From assembly GCF_009914755.1 (NCBI RefSeq), contig NC_060925.1: a DNA stretch of 64,000 nucleotides, one strand, 5' to 3'. A program made the position numbers and the translations under genes. How positions within the stretch are numbered: the stretch's first letter is position 1; the number at the start of each line of letters is the position of its first letter. Positions 1-13,300 of this stretch are shown one piece after another. This DNA is from the human T2T-CHM13v2.0 reference genome, Homo sapiens. The notes under the pieces are model-generated. The model saw only the letters and a list, made by a program, of their open reading frames with translations, was not told the origin of the DNA and ran no database searches.

Positions 1-3000
1 CTGGGGTCACCCAGGTGTCTCTATCATTAGAATACATGGGGTCAGCCAAAAATCTATTCCATTAGAATGCCTGGGCTCACTCAGGTGTCTCTATTGCTAG
101 AATGCCTAAAGTTGGCCAGGAGTCTCCCCCATTAGAATGCCTGGGGTTGCCCAGTTGTCTCTATCATTACAATGCCTAGGATTGGCCAGGGGCATCTCCC
201 ATTAGAATGTCTGTGGTGGACCAGGTATCTCTATCATTAGAATGCCTGGGGTACGCAGTGGTCTCTATCATTAGAATGCCTGTGGTCACCCAGGTTTCTC
301 TATCAATACAATGTCTGGGGTCTGCCTGCAGTCTCTCAAATTAGAATGCCTGGGGTCAGCCAGGAGTCTCTCCATTAGAAGGCCTGAGGTTGCCCAGCTG
401 TCTTAATCATTAGAACGCCTATGGTCGCCCAGGTGTCTTTATTATTAGAGTGCCTGGTGTCACCCAGTTGTCTCTATCATTAGAATACCTGGGGTCACCA
501 AGCTTTCTTTATTTTTAGAATGCCTGAGGTCGGCCAGAAATCTCTTCCATTAGAATGCCTGGGGTCACCCAGGTTTCTCTATCATTAGAATGACTGGGGT
601 TGGCCAGGAATCTCTCCCATTAGAAAGCCTGGGATCGCTCAGTTGTCTGTATCATTAGAATGCATGAGGTCAACCAGAAGTTTCTTTCATTAGAATGCCT
701 GGCGTTGCCCAGGTGTCTCTGTAATTAGATTGCCTGGGGTCAGGTAGGTGTCTCTCCCATTAGTATGCCACGAGCTGCTTAAGTGTATCTATCATTAGAA
801 TGCCTGGGGTCACCCATTTGTCTCTATCATTAGAATTCCTGGGGTTGGCCGAAAGTCTCTCCCATTAGAATGCATGGGGTCACCCAGGTGTCTCTATTAT
901 TAGAATGCCTGTGGTTTGTCTGGAGTTTTTCACATTATAATGCCTGAGGTTGCCCAGGTGTCTCATTAGAATTACTAAGGTTGCCCAGTATTCTCTCCCT
1001 TTAGAATGCCTAGAGTCTCGTTGGTGTCTCTATCATTAGAATGCCTGGGGTTGGCCAAGGGTCCCTCTCATTAAAATGCCTAAAGTAGCCCACTTGTCTC
1101 TACCATTATAATGCCTATGGTCAGCCAGAAGTCTCTCCCATTCGAATGCCTGAAGTCGTCCAGCTGTATCTATTATTAGAATGCCTAGGGTCGGCCAGGA
1201 GTCTCTTCCATTAGAATGCCTGCAGTCATCCAGGGGTCTCTATTATTACAATGCCTAAGGTCGCCCAGGAGTCTCTCCCATTAGATTGTCTGAGGTCACC
1301 CAGGTGTCTTTCTCATGAGAATGCCTAGGGTCAGCCGGGGGTCTCTCCCCTTAGAATGCTTGGGGTCGCCCAAATGTCTCTATAATTAGAATGCCTGGGG
1401 TTGGTTGGAGTCTCTCCCATTAGAATGCATGCTGTCACCCTGGTGTTTCTATCAGTAGAATGCCTGGGGTCTCCCAGTTGTCTCTATCATTACAATGCCT
1501 GGGGTGGGCCAGAAGTCTCTCCATTAGAATGCCTGAGATGACCAGCTGTCTCTGTCATTAGAATGCCTGGGTTTGTCCAGGAATCTCAACCATTAGAATG
1601 CCTGGGGTTGCCTGGGGTTGCCCAGGTATTAGAAAGACTAGTGTTGGCCAGGAGTCCATCTTGTTAGAATACCTGGGGTACCAAGTCGTCTCTATCATTA
1701 GAATGCATGGTATTGGTCAGGAGTCTCTCCCATTAGAATGCCTGATGTTGCACACGTGTCTCTATCATCAGAATGCCTGAAAGAGCCCAGGTTTCTATAT
1801 CATTAGAATGCTAGTGGCCGGCCTAGGGTCTCTCCTATTAGAATGCCTGAGATCGGGCAGGAGTCTCTTTTATTAGAGTGCCTGGGGTCTCCCTAGTGTC
1901 TCCATCATGAGAATGCCTGGGGTCAGCCAGGAGTCCTCCCCTTACAATTCCTGGGGTCACCCATGTGTCTCTATCATTAGAATGGCTGGGGTCGGTTGGG
2001 ATTCTCTCATTAAAATGCAAGGGGTCGCCCAGGTGTCCCTATTATTACAATGCCTGGGGTCAGCCAGGAGTCTCTTCCATTAGAATTCCTGGGTTCCTCC
2101 AGGTGTCTCTATTATTAGAATGTCTGGAGTTAGCCAAGAGTCTCTTCCATTACTATGCCTTGGGTCACCCACTTGTCTCTATTATTACAATTCCTTGGAT
2201 CAGCCAGGAAACATTCCCATTAGAATGCCTGGGGTGGCCCAAGTGTTTCTATCATTAGAATGCCTGGATTCCACCAGGAGTCTCTCCAGTTAGAATGTGT
2301 GGGTTCGTCTAGGTGTCTCCATCATTAGAATGCCTTGTGTGGCACAGCTGTCTTTATCATTAAAATGCCTGAGGTAGTCCAGGAGTCTATCCCATTAGAA
2401 TGCCATTGGCTGCCCAGGTGTCTCTATCATTAGAATACCGGAATGGGGAAGGATTCTCTCCCATTAAAATAGCTGGGTTTGCCCAGGTGTCTCTATCATT
2501 AGAATGGCTGGGGTTGCTCAGGTGTCTTTATCGTTAGAATGTCTGGGTTTGGGCAGGAGTCTCTTTCATTAGAAGGCCTGGGGTCGTCCTGGTGTCTCTA
2601 TTATTAGAATTCCTGGGGTTAACCAGGAGTCTCTCCCATTAGAATGCCTGAAGTCACCAAGGTGTGTCTATCATTAGAATATCTGGGGCTGGCTGAGATT
2701 CTCTCCCAGTAGAATGCCTGGGGTTGCCCAGTTATCTCTACCATTAGAATGTCTGGGGCCGGCCAGGAGTCTTTTATATTGGAATGCCTGAGGTCGCCGA
2801 CGTGTCTTTATCATTAGAAAAACTAGGGTCATCTGGAAGTTTCTGTCATTAGTATGCCTGGAATGTCCCTGGTTTCTTTATCATTACGATGCCAGGTGTC
2901 AGCCTAGAGTGTCTTTCATTAGAATGCTTGGGATCGCCCAGTTGTCTCTATCATTAGAATGCCTGTGGTCGGCCAGGAGTCTCTCCCATTAAAATGCCTG

Positions 3001-6000
3001 GGGTCGCCAAGGTGTCTCTATCATTAGAATGCCTGGGGTTGGCCAGGAGTCTCTCCCATTAGAATGTCTAAAATCACCCAGGTATCTCTATCATTATAAT
3101 GCCTGAGGTCTCCCAGGAGTCTTTTCCATTGAAATGCCTGGTGTTGCCCAGATGTCTTTATCATTACAATGCCTGGGGTCAGCCAAGATTCTCTCCCATT
3201 AGAATGCCTGGGGTCGCCCATGAGTCTCTCTCATGAGAATGCCTGAGGTTGGCCAGGAGTCTTTCCCATTACAATGCCTGGGGTTGCCCAGATTTCTCTA
3301 TCATTACAATGCTTGGGGTCAGCTAGGAATCTCTCCCATTAAAATGCTTGAGGTCACCAGATGTCTCTAACATAAAAATGCCTGGGGTTAACAAGGAGTC
3401 TCTTTCATTAGATTTCCTTGGGTTGTTCAGGAGTCTCTATCATTAGATATTCTGGAGTCACCTAAGGGTCTTTATCTTTCAAATGCCTGGGGTCAACCAG
3501 GGGTATCTCCCATTAGAATGCCTGAGGCCTCCCAGGTGTCTCTGTAATTAGAATGCCCGGGGTCGCTTAGGTGTCTCTATCATAATAATGCCTGGAGTCC
3601 CACAGGTTTCTTAATAATTAGAAAGCCTGGGGTCAGCCAGGAGTCTCTCCCATTAGAATATCTGTGGTCACCCAGGTGTCTATTATTTGAATGCCTGCGG
3701 TCAGCAAGGAGTCACTGCCATGATAATGCCTGGGGTCGCCAAGCTGTCTCTACCGTTAGAATGCCTGGAATCAGCCAGAAGTCTATCCAATTAGAAAGCA
3801 TGTGATCTCCCAGGTGTGTCTAACTTTAGAATGCCTGGGGTCAAAAAGGTGTCTCTATCATTAGAATGTTTGAGGTCAGCCAGGAGTCTCTCCCTTTAGA
3901 ATGCATGGGTTCTCCCAGATGCCTGTATTATTAAAATACCTAGGGTCAGCCAGGAGTCTCTCCCATTAGAATGTCTGAAGTCTTCAAGGTGTCTCTATCA
4001 TTAGATTGCCTTAGATAGGCCCGGAGTCTCTCCCATTAGAATGCCTGGGGTAACCCGGGTGTCTCTATTATTAGAATGCATGGGGTCAAATAAGAGTCTA
4101 ATAAAAATGCCTGGGGTCACTCAGGTGTCTCTAATATTAGAATGCCTGGGGTTGGCCATGAGTCTTTCCAGTAAAATATCTTGGGTCACCTAGGTATCTC
4201 TGTCATAATGCTTGAGTTTGACCAGGAGTCTCTCCCATTAGAACGCCTGGGGTTGTCCAAGTGTCTCTATCATTTGAATGCCTGAAGTCACCCAGGTGTC
4301 TCTATCATTAGAATGTCTTGGGTTGGCCAGAAGTCTGTTCCATAAGAATGCCTGGCGTCACCCATTTGTCTCTATAATTAGAATGCCTGGGGTTGGTCAG
4401 GAGTCTCTCACATTAGAATGCCTAAAGTCGCCCGGGTGTCTCTATAATTAGAATGCCTGTGGTTGGCCATGTGTCTCTCCCATTAGAATGCCTGGAGTCT
4501 CCCAGATGTCTCTATCAATAGAATGCCAGGGGTCATCCAGGAGTCTCTCCCTTTAGAATGCCTGGGTTCACCCAACTGTCTGTATAATTAGAATGCCTGG
4601 GGTCACACAGGTGTCTCTATCACTACCATGCCTGGAGTCAACTAGGAATCTCTCCCATTAAAATGCCTGGAATCACAGAGGTGTCTCCATCATTAAAATT
4701 CCTGGGATCAGCCAGTAGTCTCTGCTATTATAATACCTGGGGTAACCGAGGTGTCACTATCATTAGAATGCCTGGGATGTGCCAGGAGTTTCTCATTTAA
4801 GAATGCTTGAAGTTGCCTAGGTGTCTCTATTATTAGAATGCCTGTGGTGAGCCAGGAGTCTCTCCCATTAGAATGTTTGGGGTTTTCCAGGTGTCTCTAT
4901 TATTAGAATGTCTGGGGTTGGCCAGAAGTCTCTCCCTTTAGAATGCTTGAAGTTGCCCAGATGTCTTTAAAGTTAGAATGCCTTGGGTAGGCCAGGAGTC
5001 TCTCCCAGTAGAGTGCCTGTGGTTGCCCAGGTGTCTCTATCATTAGAATGCCTGGGGTCGGCCAGGAGTCTCTCTGTTTAGAATGACTGGGGTTGCCCAG
5101 GTGTCTCTATTATTAGAATGCCTGGGGTCAGCCACAAGTCTCTCCCAGTAGAATGCCTGGGGTTGCCCAGGTGTCTCTATAATTAGAATTACTACAGTCG
5201 GCCAGATTTTCTCCCATTAGAATTCTCAGAATCTCATAGGTGTCTCTATCATTAGAATGCTTGGGGTCACCCAAGTGTTTCTATCTTTAGAATGATGGGG
5301 TTGGCCAATGGTCTCTCCTATTAGAATGCTGGGGGTCACTCAAGTGACTATCTTTAGAATACCTGGGGTCGACCAGTTTCTCCCATTAGAATGCCTGGGG
5401 TCACCCAGGTGTCTCCATCATTAGAATGCCTAGGGTTGGCCAGGAGTCTCTTCCATTAGAATTCCAGGTGTCATACTGGTGTCTCTATCATTAGAATGCC
5501 TGGGGTCAGCCAGGGGTTTTTCTGAGTAGGATGCCCAGGTGTCTCTATCATTAGAATGCCTGAGGTAAGCCAGGAGACTCTTCAGTTAGAATGTCTGTAG
5601 TCACTGATGTGTCTCTATCATTGCAACACTTGGAGTTGACCAGGAGTTCTTCCAATTAGAATTCCTGTTGTCGCCCATGTGTCTTTATCATTACAATGCC
5701 TGGGGCCAGCCAGATGTCTTTCCAATTAGAATGCCTGAAGTCGTCCAGGTGTCTCTATGCTTATAATGCCTGGGGTCGGTCAAAAGTCTCTCCCATTAGA
5801 ATGCCTGGGTTTGCCCAGCTGTTTCTATCCTTACAATGCCTAGGGTCGGCCAGGAGTCTTTCCCGTTAGAATGCCTGGGGTTGCCAAGGTTTCTCTATCA
5901 TTAGAATGCCAGGGGTCAGAAAGGAGTCTCTCCCATTAGAATGCCTAAGGTCACCCAGGCATCTCTATCATTAGAATGCCTAGGGTGGCTTAGGTGTCCT

Positions 6001-9000
6001 ATCACTAGATTTCCTGGTGTCGGAGAGGGTTATCTCCAGTTAGAATGCCTGGGGTGGCCCAGGAGTCTCTATCATTACAATGCCTGGGGCCCGCCGGGAG
6101 TCTCTCCCATTAGAATGTCTGGGGTCACAAAGGTGTCTTTATCATTACAATGCCTGGGGTCCACCAGGAGGAGTCTTTCCCATTAGAAAGCCTGGTGTCT
6201 CCCAGGTGTCTCTATCATTACAATGCCTGGGGTTCAACAGGTATCTTTATCATTAGAATGGCTTGGGTGGACCAGGAGTGTCTCCCATTAGAATGCCTGG
6301 GGTCACCCTGGAATATCTGTCATTACAAGGTTTGGAATCTGACTGCAGTGTTTCCCATTAGAATGCCTGAGGTGCCCAGGTGTTTGGTCACTAGAATGCC
6401 TGGGGTCAGCCAGAAGTCTCTTCCATTAGAAATTTGGAATTGCACAGGTATGTCTATCATTAGAAAGTCAGCGGTCGCCCAGGTGTTTCTATAATTACAA
6501 TGCCTGGGGTCCACCAGGAATCTCTCCCATTAGAATGCCTGTGGTCCCCAAGGTGTCTCTATCATTAGAATGCCCAGTGTCTTTATCATTAGAATGCCTT
6601 GGGTCGGCCAGGTGTCTCTTTTATCAGAATGCTTAGTCACCCATGTGTCTTTGTCATTACAGTGCCTGGGGTCAAACATGAGTCTCTCCCATTTGAATGC
6701 CTGAGGTCGCCCAGGTGTTTCTACCATTAGAATGCCTGTGGTTGCCCAGGTGTCTCTATTATTAGAATGCCAGGGTTCAGCCAGGAGCCTCTCTCATTAG
6801 AATGTCTGTGGTCACCCAGGTGTCTATTATTAGAATGCCTGGGGTCAGCCAGGAGTCTGTCCCATTAGAATGCCTGGGTCCCCCCAGCTGTCTCTGTCAT
6901 TAGAATGCCTGTGGTCGGCCAGGGGTCTCTTTCATTAGAATGCCTGTGGTCCCCCAAGTACCTCTATTTTAGAATGTCTGTTGTCTGCCAGCAGTCTCTC
7001 CCATTAGAATGCCTGGGTTCACCCAGGTGTCTCTGTCATCAGAATGCCTGTTGTTGGCCGGGTGTCTCTCCCATTAGAATGCCTAAAGTGACCCATGTGT
7101 TTCTGTAATTACAATGCCTGGGGTTGGACACGAGTCTCTCCCATTAGAATGCCTGAGGTTGCCCAGGTGTTTCTATCATTAGAATGCCTGTGGCCGCACA
7201 GGTTTCTCTATGAGTAGAATGCCTGGGGTTGATCAGGAGTCTCTCCCATTAGAATGCCTGGGGTCACCCAGGTGCCTTTATTACTACAATGCCTGGGGTC
7301 AAACATGAGCCTCTCCCATTTGCATGCCTGGGTCGACCAGGTATCTCTATTATTAGACTGGCTGGGATGTGCCAGGAATCTCTATTTTTAGAATGCCTCT
7401 TTTCGCCCAGGTGTCTCTATGAACAAAATGCCTAGGTTCAACCTGGAGTCTCTTTCAACAGAAAGCCTGGGGTTGGCCAGGAGTTTCTCCAATTAGAATG
7501 CCTTAGGTTGCCCAGTTGTCTCTGTTATTAGAATGCTTGGGGCCAGGTGTCTCTATCATGCCTGTGGTCAGACAGGAGTATCTCCAATTAGAATGCCTGG
7601 GGTCACCTAGTTGACTCTATCATTAAAATGCCTAGGGTCGCCTAGGTGACTCTATCACTAAAATGCCTAGGGTTGCCAAAATGTCTCTATCATTAGAATG
7701 CCTGTGGTCAGCCAGGAGTGTCTCCTATTAGAATGCTTGGGGTTGCCCAAATGTCATTAGAATGCCTGGGGTCAGCCAGGAGTTTCTCCCATTAGAATGT
7801 CTGAGGTCACCAAGGTGTCTAACTCTACCATTAGGAAGTCTGGGGTAGCCCAGGTGTCTCTATCATTAGAAAGCCTGAGGTTGGCCAGAAGTTTCTCCCA
7901 TTAGAATGCCTGGGGTTGCCAAGGTTTTTCTAGTATTAGAATGCCTGGGGTATGCCATGAGTCTCTTTCGTTGGAATGCTTGAATTCACCCAGATCTCTC
8001 TGTCATTAGAACGCCAGGGGTCAGCCAGGGTCTGTCCCATTAGAATTCCTGTGGTCGCCCAGGTGTCTTTCTTATGAGAATGGCTGGAATTGGCCAAGAG
8101 TTTCCCTTATTAGAATGCCTGGGTCTTCCAGCTGGTTCTTCTATTAGAATGCCTGGGGTCAGCCAGAAATCTCTTTTATTAGAATTCCTGGGGTCACCCA
8201 GGTGCCTCTATCATTATAATGCCTGTGGTCGGCCAGGAGTTTCTCCCATAATAATGCCTGGGGTTGCCCAGTTGTCTCTATTATTAGAATTGCTGGGGTC
8301 TGCAAAAAGTCCCTATCATTAGAAGACTGGGGGTCCCCCCAGGTGTCTCTGTCATTAGAATGCCTGTGGTTGGCTAGTAGTCTCTCCCGTTAAAATGCCT
8401 GGGGTCGCCCAGGTGTCTGTGTCAATAGAACGACTGAGGTTGGTCAGGAGTCTCTCCCATTAGAATGCCTGGGGTCGCCCAGGTGTCTCTATTATTAGAA
8501 TGCCTGGGGTCTGTCAGGAGTCTCTTTTATTACAATGCCTGGAGTCACCAAAATGTCTTTATCATTAGAATGCCTGGAGTCGGACAGGAGTCTCTTTACA
8601 GAATGCCGGGTGTCGCCTATGTGTTTCTATCATTTGAATGCCTGGGTCGGCCAGGAGTCCCTCCCACTAGAATGCCTGGCTTGCCCAGGTGTATCTATCA
8701 TTAAAATGTCTAAATTCGGGTAAAAGTCTCTCCTATTAGAATGCCTGAAATTGCCCGGGTGTCTCTATCATTAGACTGCCTGGGGTCAGCCAGGATGCTC
8801 TCTCATTAGAATGCCTGTGGTCACCCAGGTGCCTCTATCATTACATTGCCTAAAACCTGCCAGGAGTCTCTCCCTTTTGAATGCCTGGAGTTGCCCAGGT
8901 GTCTCTATCATTACAATCCCTGGGGTTGGCTAGAAGTCTCCCGCAATAAAATGCCTCAGTTTGCCCAGGTGTCTCTATCATTAGAACAGCTGGGGTCACC

Positions 9001-10283
9001 CAGGTTTCTCTATCATTAGAATTTCTGAAGTCAGCAAGGAGTCTCTCACATTCGAATGCCTGGGGTTGCCCAGCTGTCTGTATTATAAGAATGCCTGGGG
9101 TTACCCAGGTGTCTCTATTATTAGAATGCCTGGGATCAGCCAAAACTCTGTCCCATTAGAATGCCTGGGGTCACCCACATCTCTATCATTAGAATTTCTA
9201 AGGTTGCTATGGGTCTCTCCCATTAGAATGCCTGGGGTCAACCAAGAATCTCTCTCATTAGAATGCCTGGTGTCACCCAGCTGTCCCTATCATTAGAATG
9301 CCTGGGGTCACCCAGGAGACTATTTCATTAGAATGTCTGGAGTCACCCAGTTTTCTCTATTATTAGAATGTCTGGGGTCGGCCAGGAGTCTCTCCCATTA
9401 CAATGCGTGGGTTCGCCTAAATGTGTCTATTATTACAATGCCTGGGGTTGGTTAGAATGCATGAGTTCACCCAGGTGTGTGTATCATTAGAATGCCCGGG
9501 GTTGCGCATTAGTCTCTGTCATTACAATGCCTGAGGACGGCCAGGAGTCTTTCTCATTAGAATGCCTGGGGCCATCCAGGTGTGTCTATTATTAGAATGC
9601 CTGGGGTGGGCCAGAAGTCTTTCCCATTAGAATGACTGGGTTCACCCAGGTGTTATTATTAGAATGTCTGGGGTCACCCAGGAATCTTTCCCATTAGAAT
9701 GATTGGAGTTGCCCAGGTGTCTCTATCTTTAGAATGCCTGAGGTCGGCCAGGAGTCTTTCATAAGAATGCCTGGGGTCATCCACGTTTCTGTCTCTTGGC
9801 CATGCCTGGGGTCGGCCAGTGGTCTCTTCCATGAGAATGCCTGGGGTGGCCAAGTTGTCTTTATCATTGTAATGCCTGGGGTGGGTCGGGGTCTCTCCTG
9901 TTAGAATGTCTGAGGTCGCTCTGGTGTCTGTATCATTAGAATTGCAGGGGTCACCCAGGTGTCTCTCTCATTAGAATGCCTTGGATCAGACAGGAATCTC
10001 TTCCATTAGAATGCTTGGAATAGCCAATGTGTCTCTATCATTACAATGCCTGGGGTTGGCCAGGTGTCTCTCCCATTAGAATGCCTGAGGTCACCCAGGT
10101 GTCTCTACCATTACAATGCCTTAAGTCGCCCAGGCGTCTCTATCATTAGAATGCCTGGGGTCAGCCCGCATATTCTCTTATTAGAATGCCTGTTGTTGCC
10201 CAGGTGTCTCCATTATTAGAATGCCTAAGTTCACCATGGAGTCTTTCTTACTAGAAGTTCTGAGATTGCTCAGCTCATGTGTC

Positions 10284-10331
10284 TCATTATCATTATCATT
10301 ATCATTATCATTATCATTATCATTATCATTA
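10284..10331. repeat. (CATTAT)n microsatellite, 7 full copies plus a partial
   Basis: Perfect CATTAT run embedded at the TATCATTA position of a satellite monomer. Confidence 0.95.
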
Positions 10332-13300
10332 AAAGGCCTGGTGTCTGAAAGGGGTCTCTCCCATTAGAATGCTTGGGGTCACCCAGGTGTCTCTATAATT
10401 AAAATGCCTGTTGTCAGCCTAGAGTCTCTCCCATTAAGTGCCTGGGGTCTCCCAGGAATGTCTCCCATTAAAATGCCTGGGGTTGCCCAGATGACTCTAT
10501 CATTAGAATGCCTGGGATTTTCCAACAGTCTCTATCATTAGAATGCCTTGGGTTGGCCAGCAGTCTCTCTTATTGGAATGCGGGTTCGCCCAGATGTCTC
10601 TATTATTAAAATGTTTGGGGCTCACCAGGAGTATCTTCCTTTAGAATGCTTTGAATCATCCAGGTTTCTCTATCATTAGAATACCTAAGGTTGGCCAGGA
10701 GTCTCAGGAGTCTCTCCCATTAGAATGCCTTGGGTCTCCCAGGTATCTATCATTACAATGCCTACAGTCGGCCAGGAGCCTCTCTTATTAGAATGCCTGG
10801 GGTCACCCGGTGTCTTTATCATGACAATGCCTGGGGTCAGCTAGAAGTCTTTATTATTAGAATGCCTGGGGTCAGCCAGGAGTCTCTCCCATTAGAATGA
10901 TGGAGTACACCCAGGTTTTTCTATCATTAGAATTTTGGGGTCAGTCAGGGGTCTGTCCCATTAGAACACCTGGGGTCACCAAGGTGTCCCTATTATTACA
11001 ATGCCTGGGGTCAGCCAGTAGTCTCTCCCAATAGAATGCTTGGGGTCACACAGGTGTCTCTCTTATTATAATGCCTGGTGTCGCCCAGGTATCTCTCCAT
11101 TACAATACCTTAGGTCGCCCTGGTGTCTCTAACATTAGAATGTCTGGAGTAGCCCAGGTGTCTCTATCATTAGAATGCTTGGGGTGGGCCAGCAGTCTCT
11201 TTCATTAGAATGCCTAAGATCACCGTGTTGTCTCTATTATTACAATGTCTGTGGTCAGGCAGGAGTCTCTCCCTTTAGAAAGCCTGATTTCACCCAGGTG
11301 TCTGTATCATTAGAATGACTGGGGTCATCCAGGTGTCTCTATCATTAGAATGCCTTGGGTCAGCCAGGAGTCTCTCTCATTAGAATGCCTGGGGTCACCC
11401 AGCTGTCACTATCATTACAATGCCTGGGGTTGGCTGGGAGTCTCTCCCATTAGAATGCATGGCGTTGCCCAGGTGTCTTTATCATTACAATGCCTTGAGC
11501 CGGCCAGGAGTCTCTTCCATTAGAGTGCCTGGGGTTGCCCAGCTGTCTTTATCATTACAATGCCTGGGGTTGGCCAGGAGTCTCTCCCATTAGAATGGCT
11601 GTGTTTGCCCAGATATCTCTATTATTAGAATGCTTGGGGTAGGCCAGGAATCTCTTCCATTACAATGACTGAAATTGCCCAAGAGTCCTTATCATTAGAA
11701 TATCTGGGGTCACTCAGGTGTCTCTATTATTAGAATGCTTGTGTTGACCAGGAGTTTTATCCATTAGAATGCATTGAGTTGCCCAGGTGTCTCTATTATT
11801 AGAATGTCTGGGGTCAGCCAAAATCTCTCGTATTAGATTGCCTGAGATCGCCCAGGTGTCTCTATCATTTCAATGCCTACAGTGGGTCAGGAGTGTCTCC
11901 CATTAGAATGCCTGAAATTGCCCAGGTGTCTCTATCATTAGAATGCCTGGTATCAGCCTGGAATCTCTCTTTTCAGAATGCCTGAGTACCCTCAGTTTTC
12001 TCTATCATTACAATGCCTGGGGATGGGCAGGGATCACTCCCATTAGAATGCCTGGGGTCACCCAGGTGTCTCTATCATTTGAATGCCTAAGGTCGCCCAG
12101 GTGTTACTAGCATTAGAATGTATTGGGTCCAACAGGAGTATCTTTCATGAGAATGTCTGGGGTTGTCCATGTGCCTCTGTCATTACAATGCTTTGGGTCG
12201 CCCAGGTGTCTCTATCATTAGAATGCCTGTTGTCGGGCAGGAGTCTCTCTCATTAGAATGCCTGGGGTCACCAGGTGTCTCCGTTATTACAATGTCTGGG
12301 GTCACCCAAGAGTTTTTCCCATTAGAATTCCTAAGGTCGCCTATGTGGGTCTATCATAGAAATTTTGGGGTCACCCAGGTGTCTCTATCATTAAAATGCC
12401 TTTAGTCAGCCAGGAGCCTCTCACATTAGAATGCCTGGGTACCCCCAGGCCTCTCTATCATTAGAATGCCTGGGGTCAGCAAGGAGTCTCTCCAATTAGA
12501 ATGTGTGGAGTTGCCCAGTTGACTTTATCATTACAATGCCTGAAGTCGACTTTGAGTCTCTCCCGTTAGAATGCCTGGGGTCACCCTGGTGTCTTCATTG
12601 TTAGAATGCCTGGAGTTGCCCAGGTGTCTCTGTCATTAGAATGCCTTGGGCTGCCCAAGTGTCCCTATCATTAGAATGCCTGAGTTCAGCCAAAAGTCTC
12701 TCTTATTAGAATGTCTGGGGTCACCAGAAGTCTTTATCATTACAATGCCTGCAATAAGCCAAATATCTTTCCTATTAAAAATGCCTGAGGTCACCCAGCT
12801 GTCTTTATCATTAGAATGCCTGGAGTAAACCAGGTGTCTCTATCATTACAATGCCTGCAGTCAGCCAGGAGTCTCTCCCATTAGAATGCCTGGAGTCTCC
12901 CAGGTGTCTTTATCATTAGAATGCCTGGAGTCACCTAAGTGTCTCTATCATTAGATAGCCTGAAGTCACCCAGTTGTCTTTTTCATTGCAATGCCTGGGG
13001 TCGGCCAGCTGTCTCTCCCCATTAGAATCCCTGAGTTCACCCCAGGTGTGTCTATTATCACAGTGCTTGGGGTCAGCCAGGAGTCTCTCCCATTAGAATG
13101 CCTGGATCACCCATTTGTCTCTATCATTACAATACTGGGGGTTGGCCAGCTGTCTCTCTTATTAGAATGCCTGGGGTCACTCAGGTGTGTCTATCATTAC
13201 AATGCCTGGGGTCGATCAGGAGTCTTACCCATTAGAATGCCTGGATCACCTAGGTGTCCCCATCATTACAATGCCTGGGAAGGCCAGGAATCTCTCTTAT

